From Thermosulfurimonas dismutans (GTDB lineage Bacteria > Desulfobacterota > Thermodesulfobacteria > Thermodesulfobacteriales > Thermodesulfobacteriaceae): DNA of 32,000 nt. Below the pieces are notes generated by a model that did not search any database, was not told the DNA's origin, and was given only the letters and a program-made list of their open reading frames with translations. Position numbers and translations under genes: made by a program. The stretch lies in the NCBI RefSeq assembly GCF_001652585.1, contig NZ_LWLG01000002.1, positions 90,001 through 122,000 of the forward strand, read 5' to 3'. This document shows, one piece after another, positions 31,602 to 32,000 of the stretch. Position 1 is the stretch's first letter. The number at the start of each line of letters is the position of its first letter.

Positions 31602-32000
31602 TAGTGCTCTCCTCCCTTATCAATTTCTCCATGTCCTCCATGTTCCCCATGCTTAGGCTTGGCTCCCTCACGAAGATCCACCGGAATCCTGAAGAGCTTG
31701 AGCAAACGGGTAGCCTTCGCAGTCCCGAACTCTTTAGTCTCTGGAGGAATATGACAGTTCCAACAATACGGTTTAACCGAAGCGAAATCGTGACATTTAT
31801 CACAAAATTGCTGCTTATTATGATGGCACTTCATGCATCCATTTTGCAAACCTATCCAAAACCGACTGCCATCCGAGGAAGTATAAATCCTCATTCCCTC
31901 TCGAATAGCCAACACACGCCATTCTTTGAGAAGCTGCATATGATTGGCTCGCATAAATTCCTTGGATTCCACGCAACGTCCCTCGGGCAGAATCGGCTTA
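31601..32000 (-). CDS. dsrJ: Triheme cytochrome c DsrJ (5' end beyond the right window edge)
   Basis: Three CxxCH motifs (CMKCH, CDKCH, CWNCH) in DsrJ-like spacing. The track ORF starts at GTG 31972, but the frame stays open to base 32000 (...KPILPEGRCVESKEFMRANHMQLL), so the signal peptide and N-terminus lie off-window. Confidence 0.8.
   Translation of the reverse strand, partial: KPILPEGRCVESKEFMRANHMQLLKEWRVLAIREGMRIYTSSDGSRFWIGLQNGCMKCHHNKQQFCDKCHDFASVKPYCWNCHIPPETKEFGTAKATRLLKLFRIPVDLREGAKPKHGEHGGHGEIDKGGEH

Noticed and set aside
1-32000. Mobile elements, CRISPR arrays, prophage or defence-island signatures, recoding events (in-frame TGA selenocysteine, frameshifts)
   Set aside because: No transposase, integrase or Cas-like ORFs, no repeat-spacer arrays, and no split genes were seen. 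All large ORFs are contiguous, with typical short overlaps (ATGA/TAATG) indicating ordinary translational coupling.

Overview
Gene-dense window, almost entirely minus-strand. It probably comes from a thermophilic sulfate- or sulfur-metabolising bacterium; this is inferred from dsrJ-dsrO-dsrP-dsrN and the K/E-rich proteins. All calls rest on hand translation and motif reading, with no database search.

Left part: thrS (3' end off-window), tRNA-Val(GAC), a 428-bp ORF-poor region, a small wHTH protein, a TM-GGDEF-EAL protein, ychF and a stand-alone HNH endonuclease.

Centre (6.9-25.7 kb): one co-directional flagellar-export/chemotaxis supercluster. The first block is fliL-fliM-fliN-fliO-fliP-fliQ-fliR-flhB-flhA-flhF-flhG-fliA-cheY-(FliL paralog). 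A hairpin and a 158-bp gap follow. The second block is (TM/coiled-coil/DUF2802-like)-(FliK-like)-cheY-cheB-cheR-cheA(REC)-(DnaJ paralog)-cheW.

Right part: ogt and a macro-domain gene (divergent), an orphan protein with a C-terminal J domain, a ferredoxin, dsrN, a clean intrinsic terminator, dsrP, dsrO and dsrJ (5' end off-window).

No CRISPR array, rRNA, transposase or integrase was seen.

Most unusual observations:
- Two non-canonical J-domain proteins share an HPDRGGD-x-EA-[YF]-x-RL signature and sit inside operons where no Hsp40 is expected. One is translationally coupled between cheA and cheW; the other lies behind dsrN-fdx.
- CheA has the architecture Hpt, K/E linker, kinase, two CheW-like domains, REC, and no phosphatase gene is present.
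- Three uncharacterised genes lie in the middle of the fla/che cluster: an acidic-tail FliL paralog, a FipA-like protein and a FliK-like protein.
- FlhF and FlhG both deviate from canonical motifs.
- Several noncoding structures stand out: a 38-bp perfect palindrome, a hairpin built from SD and anti-SD sequences, a tRNA-terminator-thrS arrangement, and a structured ORF-poor island.
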